NCBI RefSeq assembly: GCF_018977255.1
Contig: NW_024704742.1
Coordinates: forward strand, 128,838,001-128,902,000
Source of the DNA: Callorhinchus milii
Lineage: Eukaryota
Length of the DNA: 64,000 nt
Reading direction: 5' to 3'
Shown here: positions 1 to 12,311 of the stretch, in pieces
Layout: each line of letters opens with the position of its first letter
How positions within the stretch are numbered: position 1 is the first letter of the stretch
Program-made: the position numbers and the translations under genes
The notes under the pieces: generated by a model
Told to the model about the DNA's origin: nothing
The model's database searches: none
Seen by the model: only the letters and a program-made list of their open reading frames with translations

Positions 1-849
1 AAACAACTTTAAATGCTTTCTTGAGAGGTGGAGAGGAAACTAGACTAGTACATTTCAGTACTAAAATGATTGAATCTCAAGACTACACAAGTGTTATAAA
101 TAAAACACATGAAAGTCACCAGTGATCTATGATGTGTGTTTCAATCTGTCAGGCAAACTAATAATTCAGTTGCGCAAATTCAAAAAAATACTTCAGTGCC
201 CTATATTACCATCCTCACAGGTTTGTCATAAATTTCCAATAGCTGAAACTCTTATATAAATAAGAACATAACTGGAATGGTAAACAGTAACATGAGAATG
301 TTCAGTGTGCTTCAGCCACCCCCTTTCCAAGTATCTGCGAGCGAGAGGAGTTACGACGTGCTCATAAAGTCATATATCACTGCTTTCCACCACATGGTTT
401 ATTCTTAACACTTGTGTGGTTTCATAATTAAAGACAAATGGTTGAGATCCGAATCAAAGTGAAAATCAGGACTGAGTTGGATTGGTCAGTTTCAGATTTC
501 TTCCTAAATTTTCAAATTTTCCCAATTCCAGACATCATTCAAAGTTTGGGGGATGGGGGCAGGGGGAAGGAGGAGGTGCTCCTTGCTGATAAATAAATGA
601 GCATATTTCTATTGTGGCTGAATCCAAACGACAAACACTTTATTGTCTCAAGCAGCTTCTTCTGTAGCTCTCCCATGTTTCGCTTCAATTGTCAATGGCA
701 ATGAATATGTAGGCTTGCAGGACATGCTGTTTGTTATATGCAGTGTATTAAGTGTCATGCCTTGTTATTTGTTTGCACATTTCTATGTCCTTAGACACAG
801 TTCCCTGAGTCACAAATTTCATAGCCAGTATCATTTTTCTAAAGAATTC

Positions 850-1125
850 ATGGTTAAAAGTATTCCTACTCTCTCCCCTGTAGGCTTTGGGAATGTCAGA
901 GTTTCAGATCCTCTTTCATTGCCTCCACAGGCTTGTCAGTTGAATGTGATATTTCCCTTGGCAGTTTTCTTGACGTCATTCAATCTTTCTCTGACATGTT
1001 GCCAGGTTCTCTTTTTATGAGCAATCATGTTCAACTGCTCAGTAACCTCTTCTCCTGCTGCTTCATGGACTCTGAGATTTATTGCTGTCCCGAAAATGGA
1101 ACCCCACCTCCTCATCATCTCTTTT
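850..1125 (-). mobile_element. Decayed Myb/SANT-like DNA-binding ORF, probably a PIF/Harbinger transposon remnant
   Basis: Translation EMMRRWGSIFG...AAGEEVTEQLNMIAHKKRTWQHVRERLNDVKKTAKGNITFN*QACGG...PTGERVGILL follows the Harbinger/NAIF1-type pattern (LFG...AWEEIA..VN...RTW.Q.RKRWNDLK..AK.K...N....TGGG...EERV..IL). It has an in-frame stop and has lost conserved Trp residues. Confidence 0.6.
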
Positions 1126-2635
1126 TGGTTTCCTGAGCCTGTTTTGTGAAGATGCCATTCTTCTATAATGTTACAATAATAATCTTTATTATGTAGTTGA
1201 ACTGTTTCAAACCATTTCACATGATTTACTGTAGTGTTGTGATTGTGAAGACAGATGGGATCTCAGTTTAACATCTCATCGGAAGTTCTCCACCTCTGAC
1301 AATTCAGTGCTTCCTTCAACATTGCATTGGAATGTCAGCCTAGACTTTGATTCAAAGTTCTGTGGGGCTTCAACCTTCTCACTTACAAGAAAATGTACTA
1401 CTATATGAGCCAGACTTACTCAATGGTTACAATAAGCAGTGGTTTCAAGAGATAGAGAACTTAACAATAATGTTGAGGCAGTTTATGTTCTTTATATAAT
1501 TATTGAAAACATAGGTTTATATTTCAACTGAGTCATAACTTATAAGACCATTTTGTTTTAATCTTAAGCTCGTTCAGAATTGCAGAACATTCTTAAATTT
1601 GATCTTAATTTGAAAGCTTTTCCATAGTTCTTAGTCCTATGGATAAAATTGGTCATTCATTTCATGGCTGTTTGTGGGACAATGCTGTGCTAAATTGGCG
1701 GGTGCATAAAATACACAGTCACTGCATTACACAATAAAATGCTATGAAGCTATGTTTCGATAACTTGATAATGTAATACAACAAATGCAAGTATTATTAT
1801 TATTACTACTAAGAACCAGCTTCTAGACTGAGCAATCTTAAATTTTCAAGAGAAAAAAGTCACAAGGTGGAATTTGGGGCTCCATGTTTTAATTTGATGG
1901 CTTAATTAAACCTGGTGATAAACTGCCATGCAAACATTTTTGAAGATGGCATTCCAGGCTTTGAGCTGTAAATGATGAATAATTGCCACACTTTTATCAC
2001 CCAGATATCTTCGAGGACCCACAAACAGGATGAATCCTTCCTTTGATTTTTAAATCTTGTTTATTCCATTCCTTCATTTGGTTTCATAACATTGTGGCTA
2101 ATTAGTCCCACTGAAAGGAATATAAACAGAAGTAGGAAGTAAAGATGGAAGCAATGTCTGAAGCATACGCAATTAAAACTTCAAATATTACTTCTGTGAA
2201 ACTTTTCAGGGCATTTTCCAGAGAATCATTTCTATAATTGTTCTACGTTTTGCACGATGAGTGAAGTCACAAAAAGAATTTGCTTATAGCAATATCTACC
2301 TATGGAATTTTAACCTAAATGGGATTTTATTTTATTCCTTTAAATTTCTCCTTCAATTCTACAAAATGTTAGAAGCACAACAAATAGATTGAATATAGTT
2401 GGAGAGGGTTTAGTGGCTTACTTATAGAGCTGCAGATATGTGGTGTTGTTTTCACTGGGAGACAGATATGGAGCAGGAACCAGGAATGCCTAAGCTTTCG
2501 CCTGCCCAGGAATCAAGAATAGGTCTTCTCACATGTGAGGCAGGTGCTCTAAACATTATGCTACATGACTCTATAATTTTTCATTGAAAAACAAATGTTC
2601 AGACAAGGATTCCCAGGCAGGGCAAGTTTCCTTAC

Positions 2636-3450
2636 CTTGAAGTTGCCTAGGATGAGGAGGCGTTCAGAGCAGAGGCAGAGGGAAGCTAGAAGGTTGGAGA
2701 TGTCAGAGAGGAAGGTGGGGGAGGGTTTGGAAGGGGCGATAAACAAGGATTATTATTATTATTATTTTGAGTTACAGAGTCTGCAGTAAATCAGACAGCT
2801 TTCTTGATAGAAATAGAAAATTCCTATTTCAAATAGGAATTTGAAATTTCAAATAGGTTTGAATCAAATCAAACCTGTTGCATAGCAACAGCAACACGTG
2901 GCCTTGGGTTCTAATACGAGCTTCAATTGCATGTTGTAAGCACGCTCATTATCATGCCATTTCTGTTTTGTTCGTGGGTCTCGGGATTGACAGAGTAACA
3001 GCCACTTACTATAACCAAATTGCACTTGTAGACAAGCTGATTAAAGCTGTGGTATCTAAGTGAGTCAGATCCATGGTTAGCCCTGATGTGAAGATGCCTT
3101 CCAGCTGTGCTCAATACTTGGTATTGTGTCTGTTTTGGACATTTTATTTAAAAGATGAGTCCTAAAAATGATCTTGTGCTAGGAATTTCTTATTTCTATC
3201 AAAAAAGCTGTCTGATTTACTCCAGACTCTGTAACTCCAAAATAATAATAATAATAATCCTTGTTTATCGTCCCTTCCAAACCCTCCCCCACCTTCCTCT
3301 CTGACATCTCCAACCTTCTAGCTTCCCTCTGCCTCTGCTCTGAACGCCTCCTCATCCTAGGCAACTTCAACCTGCACTTCACCCCCACTTGCTCTATCTC
3401 CATTGACTTCTCCTCCCTCCTCTCCTCTCCTCTCACAACTTGCCCTTCCA
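2636..3450. repeat. Local inverted duplication (~190 bp arms at 2636-2826 and 3181-3371) containing an L2-type endonuclease fragment and a SINE (ATT)n tail
   Basis: The arms are near-exact reverse complements. Both encode (YR)PSKPSPTFLSDISNLLASLCLCSERLLILGNF, the APE endonuclease YRPP...ILGDFN motif. Confidence 0.9.
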
Positions 3451-4554
3451 CTTCTCTTTTTCACACACACTTTGGCAGCTTTCAGAAATCACAATTCTCC
3501 GATTTGCAAGTGTTGCCATTTGGTTTGCAAAATTAGTTCTTAAGGATCTCTTTGCCGAATGACACAAAATGATTCCCCGTCGTGGAAAAGGGTTAACATT
3601 CAGGAGTGTTGAGTCTATTTTATTCCCGGTATGAATCTCGCCTCTCCCATTCTACAACAAAAAGGCACCATTTTGTAATCTGAAAGCAATTTTGTTCACC
3701 ATGGCAACAGAAAGAAAGCCATAATATACAGCACTAGATATAATGTAATAATATGTCAACCATTTTGGAAATTATACTAAATGTGTGATCACAAGGAGAG
3801 AGAAACTGGCCAAAAGTAACAGAAAGGCTTAAAAACCCATCTAGTCTTAGTATATAGAACTATTTCAATCCCATTCAAAATTTTGGAAAATTCTTAATAT
3901 GAAAGCCAATTCTTTTTAAGACTTTGGAAAATTAGTTTTCAAATCATGGCTTAGTTTAAAAAAAAGTTGCACACTTCTGCAAGCTTAAGTTTTTAAATAA
4001 AATGATCTTACAATCAATGTAAGTCACAAACCTTTATTTAATTTAGGACTTTCAGGTAAAGACTAAGTGGAATGTTGAGCCTCTGATATACTGTCATGGT
4101 AACTAGACATATGGACATCAGCCAGACACTTGTTGGCCAAAGGCAATACTTCTGATCATTTTGCCTCAATAGTTTTATTTCTTGTTCTCCAATAATACAC
4201 TTGGTCACATTAATGTAACAAAACATTTATTGAACTATTCTAACCATTAAGTTGCCCCCATTTGTCATCCCGTAGCGTCTCGGAGTGAGTCCCGACGTGA
4301 AAGGCGCTCTATAAATGGAATCTTGTTGTTGTTGTTGAGATTGCCATTTGCACCATTGAAGCAGAAGAAACTGTCATCGTCATTAACAGAATTCAAAGCA
4401 TAGTTGCTAATACCATCAGTAAAGATTAAGTGCATATTGATGGATATTAGTTTGACTCGAGTTAGAAGCACTCTTACCTCTAAATCATGACAGTCGTGGA
4501 CCCAAGCCCCACATAAAGTGCATAAGATGGATGTTGATTTGCTGTTTCCACTTT

Positions 4555-4940
4555 TTGGTGAATCCAAAACTATGTTTTGGGTCAGCCGGGTGTCTGACAC
4601 ATGCAGAAACCCATCACCATGCTTAACAGTACCCAAACCAACCTGAGAATTCCATGCACCCCACCTTCACATGGAAATTCCGGAAATAAATTGTTGGAAT
4701 GGAATGCGCATTTTCTCCTCCGGAGGGACCCATCCTGCTTGCCTAATTCTGGAAAGTATTAGGCGCGGGTTGACAAGAGCCAAGGCTTGGAGACCCCAGA
4801 GTCGTGCATTGGGGTACTGTTGGAGTCTAACCAGCTAAAACCGCAGAGCTTGTCATTGATATTGCTGTCTGGCAAGCTTTCCTGCTGCTTGACCAGCTAG
4901 GACCATCCTACCCTTTAGGGCTTCGGGTTGCAATGTTAAC
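4555..4940. repeat. Interspersed repeat of unassigned family, copy 1 (second copy at ~15810-16158)
   Basis: Shared blocks such as tgacacatgcagaaacccatcaccat, ggaaagtattagg and agtctaacca in the same order over ~350 bp. Confidence 0.8.
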
Positions 4941-6089
4941 AGAAGCTGAGTGGCCCCAGTTCCAAAACTAGAGGACATGAATACAAGACAACAATAGATT
5001 TTTCTGGAATTTAGGAGGAACTTCGAATGGTGAGAATGTGAAACTCACTGGTGGAACCAGTGGTTGAAGTACATCAATGTTTTAAGAGAAAGTTTAATGC
5101 TGACATAAGGCAGATGGGAACAGAGGGATCTAGGAGACATGAATAGGAGGGGTGTATGGAGTATAACCACTGCCACAAACTAATCGGGAAGAATAGCCTG
5201 TTTCCAAACCTATCACTCTTGTGTGATTCTACCTAATTCTATGTAGGTAGGAACATGAGTTCATAGTCTAAGATGATGTTCCAAGGCAAAACTGCATGAA
5301 TGCTGCATTGTCAGTGGTGCCTGATTTGAATGGGACATTAAACCAAAGTGACATCTGCTTATTTTTGGTGGATGCTGAAAAGCCCGTGACCCATTCAAAA
5401 ACAGAGAAAAAAATCATAAAAAAGAACATTTCAAAGTACTTTCATTCCTATCAGATGGTAAACATTATGAGATGTCAGTGGTTGAGGCATCAGTTTGTGG
5501 CAATACCCCATCTGTCTACCCAGTGCATAATCTTTCATTAGGGAATTTGGGCACATCAGACACAATGATATGTTTGTAAATAAGCACTTATTGCAATAAA
5601 CATTATGTTGCTTTTATAATATTGCATATATTTGTGCAAACCATGTTTACAGAAATAACAATTACTGCATTCAACTTCACTTTTGTGTACACAAAGCCAC
5701 GTGGAATAAATTATCACAATCATATCAGAATCATGTTGGTTGGATTCAAGCTGGTTTTGAAGATTACATCAATAAGAATGTAGTCAGCTTTAGGGATGGC
5801 TCCCATTAAATAAAATGACTGTTTATGGTGAGGTTTTAGCTGGTTTATTTATTTTCATGTCCAACATTATGGATTTCTCTTGTTCTCTTGACCACTATGG
5901 GTGTGCAATCTCCAGGCTAATGTAAAATCATAGCATTTCTCAGAACAGAAGAAGTCAAAGAATGAAATGAGTTGTATAAGCTGAAAACCATATACTCCAG
6001 GGGCACCTATCAGTTGGCTTGGTTAATATCACTGACCTTTGGGCATACCGAGTAACCTTATAAACCTGGCACATTTATAACCTTATAAG

Positions 6090-6430
6090 TGTGTCAGCCA
6101 GGTGCAGTGGTAGCACTCTCCTCTGAGTCAGAAAGTTGTGGGTTCAAGCCCCACGCCGGGTCTTGAAATCACTTTGTTTAAGCTGAGACTCCAATGCAAT
6201 GCTGGGAGTGTATTACATTGTCAGAGGTGCCATCCTTCAGATGATACTTCAAGCCGAGGTCCCGTCTGCCTGTTCAGGTGGACTTTAAAGATCCCATGGC
6301 ACTACTTGAAAAGAGAAGGGAGTTTCTCCCTATGTTCTGGCCAACAATTCCCCAAATAAAATTCTTCACTCACTCCATGGCTGTTTGTGAGACACTGCTG
6401 TGTGCAACTGGCTGCCATGTTTCGTTGTTA
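6090..6430 (+). mobile_element. Old tRNA-derived Deu-domain SINE (SacSINE1/AmnSINE-like)
   Basis: tRNA-like head (cagtggtagcactctc...gggttcaagcccc) followed by a Deu-like core (aagccgaggtcccgtctgcc...aaagatcccatggcactact...ctgtgtgcaactggctgcc). Many decayed relatives occur, e.g. 1250-1420, 14140-14490, 31300-31600, 48060-48390, 57370-57670. Confidence 0.75.
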
Positions 6431-8057
6431 ACTTTGTCAGTTGTGAGGTGGCATCATCCCATCTGATGTCATGTTCACGGTTACTCAGAAACCACCAAGC
6501 TCCTTCATCTGGCCAGTGCTGATTAGCTCAGAATGGGCAATTGGCAAACATGTACTCGATGAGATTCTGCATTTATACATGACCTAAATTGAACCTTTGA
6601 ATAGTTCAGACATCTGGATCCCACTCTCAGTCAACGTTTCTCAGAACCCTTGAAAATTAAATCTAATGATTGGCTTCCTGCAATTTCTTACCTTTCATTT
6701 GGGGGCATCTGGAAATGCTTTATGATCTCCTGTGCAAAATTTGACGAGCAATCAAGTACTTCTAGAACTTCAAAGGAACATAGAATGATACATGAATGTA
6801 GAAAGAGACAGTAATGTAGCAAGTCACAGTTCTGTCGACCTCTCCTCTCAGGTAATAACAACACAAGTAGAAGAATCCTACCTGATGGGAACTTGTTGAG
6901 GTGAAAGCTATGCAGACATTGAGCTTCAATTTGTAATACTTCTTAGCAGGAATCCAAGTTCAACACCTAGGGATTAGAAGTATTAGGAAGGATTAGGCGA
7001 AACATTATTGAATCACTTTCAGCAATATAAGCAGGGCATAAAAGTAGACCAGGCCCAACTTGGTAGTGCAAACTGGTATGTTCCTATTGAATGGCATTAA
7101 ATTAAGGTATGCATGTAAAATTGCAGTATTGATATTTCCAAGCGCACAGCAAGTAACATAAAATCTACAGACCTTGTATTGTGATATGGAAAGTAATGCC
7201 TTAGAATGCAGCTTATTAAGCTCTTTCGTACATGGATGAAAGCCTCTTACAGAGTTATTATCAATACACATAAGAAAAGGAGCATTGATTGTGAAATTGT
7301 TAGGAAGACGTCAAGTAATTCTGATTAAAAACAAAGCACTGAAACAGTGTATGCACCGAACAATTTCTCACATGACTGCAACCAGGTTATAGATCTGCCT
7401 ATCGTAATTATCCAACCCTGTATAAAGAAACTTCTGGTGCCTTCCTATCCTAGTTGTAACATTTGCTAAATTTAAATGAATTTGATGTAATTTGCAGCAT
7501 TTATTAATGAGATTATTAATGAGATTAATAAGAAGCCCATGTTGCACAAATGGTATGTGGATATACCCACTGGAATATGTCTCCAGGCAATGTTCAGGAA
7601 GTCGTTAGTAATTCTGTGTACCTACTTAGTGTAACAGATGTCAATCTTTTCTATGAATCTTTGACATCTCTTATATTGAAGGATGGAATTTCTTATTTAG
7701 AAATACTTTCCAATTAATTAAATGGGAATTTCAGTATTTCTCTCTGTATACTTTTGTAACTTTCACTCTGACTTTCAGGAATTTTCTTTGTGCTCCAAGC
7801 TGGAATTTTCTCTCTCTCCTTTAGTCTGAAATACGGAAGCAAGTATTAGGGTTGTTCATTTATCCACTTTCTCTTTGTTACAAAATGAAAATCCTAAAAA
7901 TAAACATTGCAAATATCCCTTTTTAAAAACAAAGGATTTTGTCAAGTTTTTAAAAAAATCCCAAACTGGGTATGGTTTAAAATGATGAAATTGACTTAAA
8001 ATTCTGTCTTAAAATAAGAAAACTGCAGAAAGCAATCTGACCTGCTTCATGTAACAG

Positions 8058-8421
8058 ATAATAATAATAATAATAATAATCCTTGCATTTGATATAGAGT
8101 CTTATCATATCTTTGAGATGTCTCAAAGTGATTCACAGAATATGCTATGATTCACAGAATATGGCAGCCAATTGTGCACAGCAGTGTCCCACAAACACCA
8201 TGGATTGAGTGATCAAATTATTATTCTTTTTCATTTTTGAAGGGATTATTAACCCCAGAAAAGCGATCTGCCAATCAACTAACAACCGGGTTCCTACTTA
8301 CTGATAGGTAAACAGAGGCATATGGAATAAGGAACTTGACTAACGTTGCGCCCTGCTCAGGAATCAAACCTAGGTCCTCTCACTTGCGAGGCGAGTGCTT
8401 TAACAATATAATACAGGACTT
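8058..8421 (-). mobile_element. tRNA-derived SINE, older subfamily, (ATT)n tail
   Basis: Homologous to the 23383 SINE in head and tail, with an extra internal segment (ctgtttacctatcagtaagtaggaacccggttgtt) also seen at 26133-26470 and 47670-48000. Confidence 0.8.
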
Positions 8422-10834
8422 CGCTATGGGATGTCAATCTACACCATGAATCGTTGATATCTTTTGCATTTAATAGCACAAAGCCCTGTTTCTTCAACTG
8501 AGATTTTACTCATGGTTGGTATGATTAACCTTTGAGGTATTACAGAAGTAACTTTCATGTATTCAATCTAAACTGTAAGTCTCTCCTGTAGCCTATAAAA
8601 AGGAACTCCAAAATGTTACCAGGAAATTGCATTCACTGTTTAGTGCACACTTGAGCCACAGTAGATTTATGTATTGGTGAAAAACAGGTAATGTGTGCAG
8701 CTGGCAAAATGAGAATTGGCTTTCCATGTCACTTATTATTTATGTAATAATGTAACTCTGTGGTTATAGTGCAAATTAAAATTCCTTTTCAAAGCCGTCT
8801 CCTGGCCAGTCTGATTCAACACATTCACAGAGTGTGTAACGCTTTCATGTGCAGCATTCTTGAATAACTACTGTATTTGCCGCATTGCCACCAATAATAA
8901 ACAATAAGAGCACTGGATGTGTTTCTGATTAACATGGAAACTGAGGGGGATACATTAATATGCCCTAGCTGGCTTTGAAAGTCAACAGTGCCTTCGTGGT
9001 AATTCTTAGCGTAAAAACACAATTTGCACATTGGAACAAGTGCCTGAGGGCAGTCACTCTCCCAGAACATTGCATAAACTGCGACACAAAAACTTGGCTT
9101 TTAATTTCCATGCAAAACTAGTGAGGATTCGAGGGAGCCTTGAATTAGAACTAAAACAAATCTTTACAATTGGGGACAGACCTAATGTATCAAACTTATA
9201 GTCTGCTACTTAAAAGCTATGAACCATTTAACAACTGTTGGCTGGAAGAAGGTCAATCATCATAAACCAGCGATCCTCAAGGCACTGAGATTACAATAAG
9301 TAAAGGTAGTAGTGTATACGTGTTTGAGCTTGTGATTCTCTATACAGTGATAATCCTGATCTCAAAGAAAGGTACAAGTGGTGAGTGCATCTTCCAATGC
9401 AGATTTGTAAGATGTGCTTTCAGCTCACGCTCAATATGTTTGGCTGGTCAGTGTGGTTGGCAGCTCGGCATCACTGATCTCCCGTGGAACACAATATACA
9501 AATACAAAATCTGCTTGCTTCTTTTCCGTTAAACACATAGCAAGGCAATAATGCTACTCCTTGCATTTCATATAGCTCATTATCATGTTGGGAGGATCTT
9601 TCAAAGCGCTTCACAAAAGTGGCATCACTGTAGTGACTTGCAGGTGAAGACGAATCTTGCAGACAAGTACAGCAGCCAATGTGCGCACAGCAGCCAATGT
9701 TCCACAAATATCCATGAGTGAATGACCCATTTTATTTAGGGGAATTGTTGACCAGGACATGGGGAGAGACTCCCTTCTCTTCTCCAGTAGTCCAATGAGA
9801 TCTTTACCGCATTATGCTGTATATAGACAGAACTTCATGGCTGTTTGGCGGATGTTACTGTGTGCAAATTGGTAGCCGGGTTAGGCCACAAAAGAAAACA
9901 CACCATGACTTCACTTTACAGCATATCCTTTGAAGCGCTTAGGTACACTCTCCAGACGTAAAAGGCGCTGAACCAAATGTAAGGATTATTATTGTTACTT
10001 TTAATATCTGAACAGGCATTCTGGACCCCGGTTTAACATGTCATCCATAGGAAGGCACCTCCATCAATGATGCAAATCCCCAGCAATGCAGAGCAGTGTC
10101 AAACTAGACTATATGAGTTCAAAGTCCCGATGTCTTTATTTAGAAACCGATTCTTCTTAAGAATTCCAGAAAACCACCTTCTAAATTCAAACTGAATTGA
10201 AGAATTTTCCACAGTTTTGCACAATCTTAAATTTGAATACAGGATTGTCTTCCAGGCTAAGGGCAGGTGGAATATCAGATCTCATATTTGCTTTAAAATA
10301 GGGCCCTAAAAGTACTGTACTGTGGCAAGAGAAACACAGAAAGATATTGCGCAAGTCATCTTTCGCAATGTTTGGACGCTGAGTTGAATAGGTCAAGAAA
10401 GAAAACTTTGGGTGTGAAGTTAATTCCTTTGATCATGTTGCCTTGGAAGGAAACACATGCTTTACATATAGCAAGCAATTGATTGATTGTAATTAAATGG
10501 GTGGGTTACTGAGCTGAAATGTGAGAGCTGTATGACCCAGTAAGTCAAGAAAGGCAGAAGAATAAAATTACGAAGTTAACGCTCATTCCAAATAGAACTA
10601 GCTGAGGCATGACAGCCACTGATCTGCCCCACCATCAGTAGCCGAGCCTTCAGGCGCTATAATATTATTCTCTGGAACTTCCTCCCAAAATTCTTCCACT
10701 TTTGCCCCACCACCCATCTCTCTTTAGAAGCTTCCATGTCCTCGTTTATGGTAACCCCCAGTACAATATCTGCAAAACATTTTGAGACATTATACTATGC
10801 AAAAGGTGCTATATAAATGAAAGCTGTTGTTGTT

Positions 10835-11465
10835 CAACTGAGCAACCTTTCCTTGACCACTAGTACCATTAGCACTACCTTAAAAACAGCCATTATCACC
10901 TCCACCCTCAAAAACCTTCCCTGGACCCATTCCTGCTCTCCAACTCCCACCCGATCTCCAAACTTCCTTTTCTTTCCAAGGTCCTGAAATGAGTCATCGC
11001 TTCCCAGCTTCGCTCCTTCCTCTCCTGCCACTCCCTTTATGAACCCCTCTTGTCCCTCCTGTTTCTTTCCACAATATGAAATAAGCCTTGGTCAAAGTGG
11101 CAAATAACATTTGTCCACCTGTTACCAGGGCTCCCTCTCTATCCTTGGGGATAAGGCAGGTATGTAGAGTTAGAATAGATCAGCCATGATCTTAATGAAT
11201 GGCGGGCAGGCTCGAGGGGCCGAATGGCCTACTCCTGCTCCTAATTCTTATGTTCTTATGTTCTTGTCCTCCGTGACCACCGTCAATACTGTAGCACATT
11301 CTATCCTCCTCACATCTTAGCTCAATCTTCACGGTCCTATCCTTGCCTGGTTCAAATCTTACCTTTCACACTAACTCCAGTTTGTCCCCAAGAACGGTTT
11401 CTCCTTCAGCCCCAGTATCATCTTGTTCCTCAGGGCTGTATCCTTGGTCTTCTCCTCTTCAATAT
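10835..11465 (+). mobile_element. Decayed L2 LINE RT fragment interrupted by a CR1 3' tail (11147-11265)
   Basis: Pyrimidine-rich L2 RT-like sequence (..PISKLPFLSKVL.., cttgcctggttcaaatcttacct); the insert ends in the CR1 tail ggcctactcctgctcctaattcttatgttcttatgttctt. Confidence 0.7.
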
Positions 11466-12311
11466 CATGTGGAGTCCTATAGCATATTGGTTAGAGCACT
11501 TGCCTCGCAAGAGAAAGGACCCGGGTTTGATTCCCGGGCATAGCGAAACTTTAGGCACATCATACCCTCTATTTACCTATCAGTAAGTAGGAACTCAGTT
11601 GTTGCCATCGCTTCGCCTTGCCCGAGAATCAAACCCACATCCTCTCGCTTGTGAGGCGAGTGCTCTAACCAATACGTTACAAGAGTCCACAATAAAACTC
11701 CTCAATAATACAATTCTTGCTTCCAAAAAGATAACAAACAATAAAGACCATGGAAAGCAGGATATTGAGGAGCAAGTGCTCAAGGTGAGGTTAAACCTGG
11801 ATATATACTACAATACAATTTATATTTACATAGCACCTTTCACATCAGGAGAACAAGAGAACGTGTTTGACAACGCTGGGTAAGATGGGTAAGAGACAAA
11901 GGGGGAGGAGCGGGGGGAGGGGATAGATACTCCGAAAGCACCATTGGAGAGATAAATGTTTAAAATACCAAATCTTGTTAACTTTGGCATTTAAAAAATT
12001 GCACTTAAATGTATAACAAAGGGACAACCCCCAGTCCCACCATCCGAAAAGTACAAATCACAAACTTTTGTTCTACGCGTTGGAACTTCTAAAATATTAA
12101 AAAAAACTTCCAAAAAGGAACTTTAGTAACTGATTCCTAGAAGTGCACAATTGATTGAGTAAAGCCACTTTGGCTCCCACCCATCTTAACAGCGTTGTAA
12201 AACACTTTCTCTTGTTCTCCTGATGTGAAAGATGCCTTATAAATATATTATAGCATATCTCCAGCTTTAATCTGACCTTGAGCACTTGCTCCTGAAATAT
12301 CCTGCTTTCCA

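Noticed and set aside
3693..3709. X-box-like motifs at 3694-3708, 2877-2889 and 14575-14587
   Set aside because: Only half-site or mis-spaced matches, expected by chance in 64 kb.
7500..7530. Short tandem repeats (ttattaatgaga x2 here; 21-bp duplication at ~56810-56840; AT-rich tract 17765-17825)
   Set aside because: Ordinary slippage or low-complexity sequence with no evidence of function.
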